From a virus (Duplodnaviria; Caudoviricetes): a DNA stretch of 64,000 nt. The position numbers and the translations under genes were made by a program. The notes beneath the pieces were generated by a model. It searched no databases, was not told the origin of the DNA, and was given only the letters and a program-made list of their open reading frames with translations. The stretch is from positions 13,740-77,739 of the IMG/VR virus record IMGVR_UViG_3300006133_000005. The stretch is one strand, 5' to 3'. Below, in pieces: positions 63,328 to 64,000 of this stretch (positions are counted from its first letter, which is position 1; each line of letters begins with the position of its first letter).

Positions 63328-63771
63328 AATAACACTCTCCTTTTAAATAGTGAGAGCGTGTGCCCAATAGCACACTCTTTGAGTGAGTGAGTGTTAAGAT
63401 ATTTCCAAGTTTTTCTTGACTGTTTATTGCTGTCACGCTTTTTTCGCCGCTTACGCTATTCAGTTACTTGCTCTTGATGTATAATCAAGTCGTTGACGTT
63501 GTATCAAAGGGATTGAAAACATAGTCTATAAATTCAGTGGCTACATTTTCAACACTTTATTGTACACGTTTGCACGTTCGCCTTTCGCTCTGTCTCAAAA
63601 CTATCTATGCACACATCACACGCATTTCATGAGGTTCAGCGTTATAACTGAATTTGGGCTGGCACACTCTGTAAATGTGTGGTCATGTGTGATTTTTCAA
63701 GATACTGTCAAAACGCTTTACAGCTTGTACACTCTGTCACTGTGTTGCTGTCATGTTTTGTTTACAATGCT

Positions 63772-63800
63772 ATTATAACTCGTTTTATGTCGATTGTCAA
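63772..63800 (-). promoter_or_regulatory. Sigma-A promoter driving the early region
   Basis: TTGACA-17-TATAAT. Confidence 0.8.
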
Positions 63801-63923
63801 TAGAAAATGTCATTTTTCATAGAAATCGACAGAATATACAAGAAACAAGTCATATACAAGTCATTGCATTAGTAGTATTGCACAAAATTACAAGTTTATG
63901 CAACATAGCAAAATAACTTTTCG

Positions 63924-64000
63924 AGGTCTCACAGCACGTCAGGGACGTGTAACAGGTCTCACAGCACGTCAGGGACGTGTAACAGGTCTCACAGCACGTC
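63924..64000. repeat. 30-bp perfect tandem repeat (at least 2.5 copies, cut by the window edge)
   Basis: Unit AGGTCTCACAGCACGTCAGGGACGTGTAAC, with internal palindrome CACGTC-AGG-GACGTG and no spacers. Confidence 0.9.

Noticed and set aside
194-63778. All plus-strand ORFs and nested minus-strand alternative-frame ORFs in the track
   Set aside because: They shadow well-supported minus-strand genes, lack RBSs or motifs, and no plus-strand operon structure is evident.
63924-64000. CRISPR array
   Set aside because: The 30-bp units are contiguous with no spacers in the visible part, and there is no cas1/cas2.

Overview
The window is part of a lytic-looking contractile-tailed phage (myovirus) genome. 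It is AT-rich, and every credible gene lies on the minus strand. Sigma-A-type promoters, GGAGG/GAGGTG ribosome-binding sites, SpoVS, an SleB-like hydrolase and a GH25 endolysin point to a spore-forming Firmicutes (probably Clostridia) host. In transcription order (right to left) it holds: a 30-bp tandem repeat and an early cluster whose genes are each preceded by a conserved ~60-nt RNA stem-loop; a ~1 kb non-coding AT-rich region; an RNA operon (degenerate tRNA, structured ncRNA, tRNA-Leu-UAA); middle genes including DNA ligase; head genes (TerL, portal, scaffold, MCP); an eCIS-like tail and baseplate module with a -1 frameshift chaperone; lysis genes; replication/recombination genes (SF2 helicase, DnaC-like loader, DnaB, MTase, primase, SSB, PolA, RecA, Cas4-like nuclease, UvrD); and nucleotide/auxiliary genes (dcd, thyX, resolvase, signal peptidase I, spoVS, queD, truncated queE). 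The most striking observation is that the major capsid protein, scaffold and tail tube all begin with a basic, amphipathic leader ending in [A/V/T]-H-A, a signal-peptidase-I-type site. The head module has no prohead protease, but the phage encodes its own S26 signal peptidase, which suggests an SPase-based virion maturation system. All annotations come from motif recognition by eye; no database searches were run.
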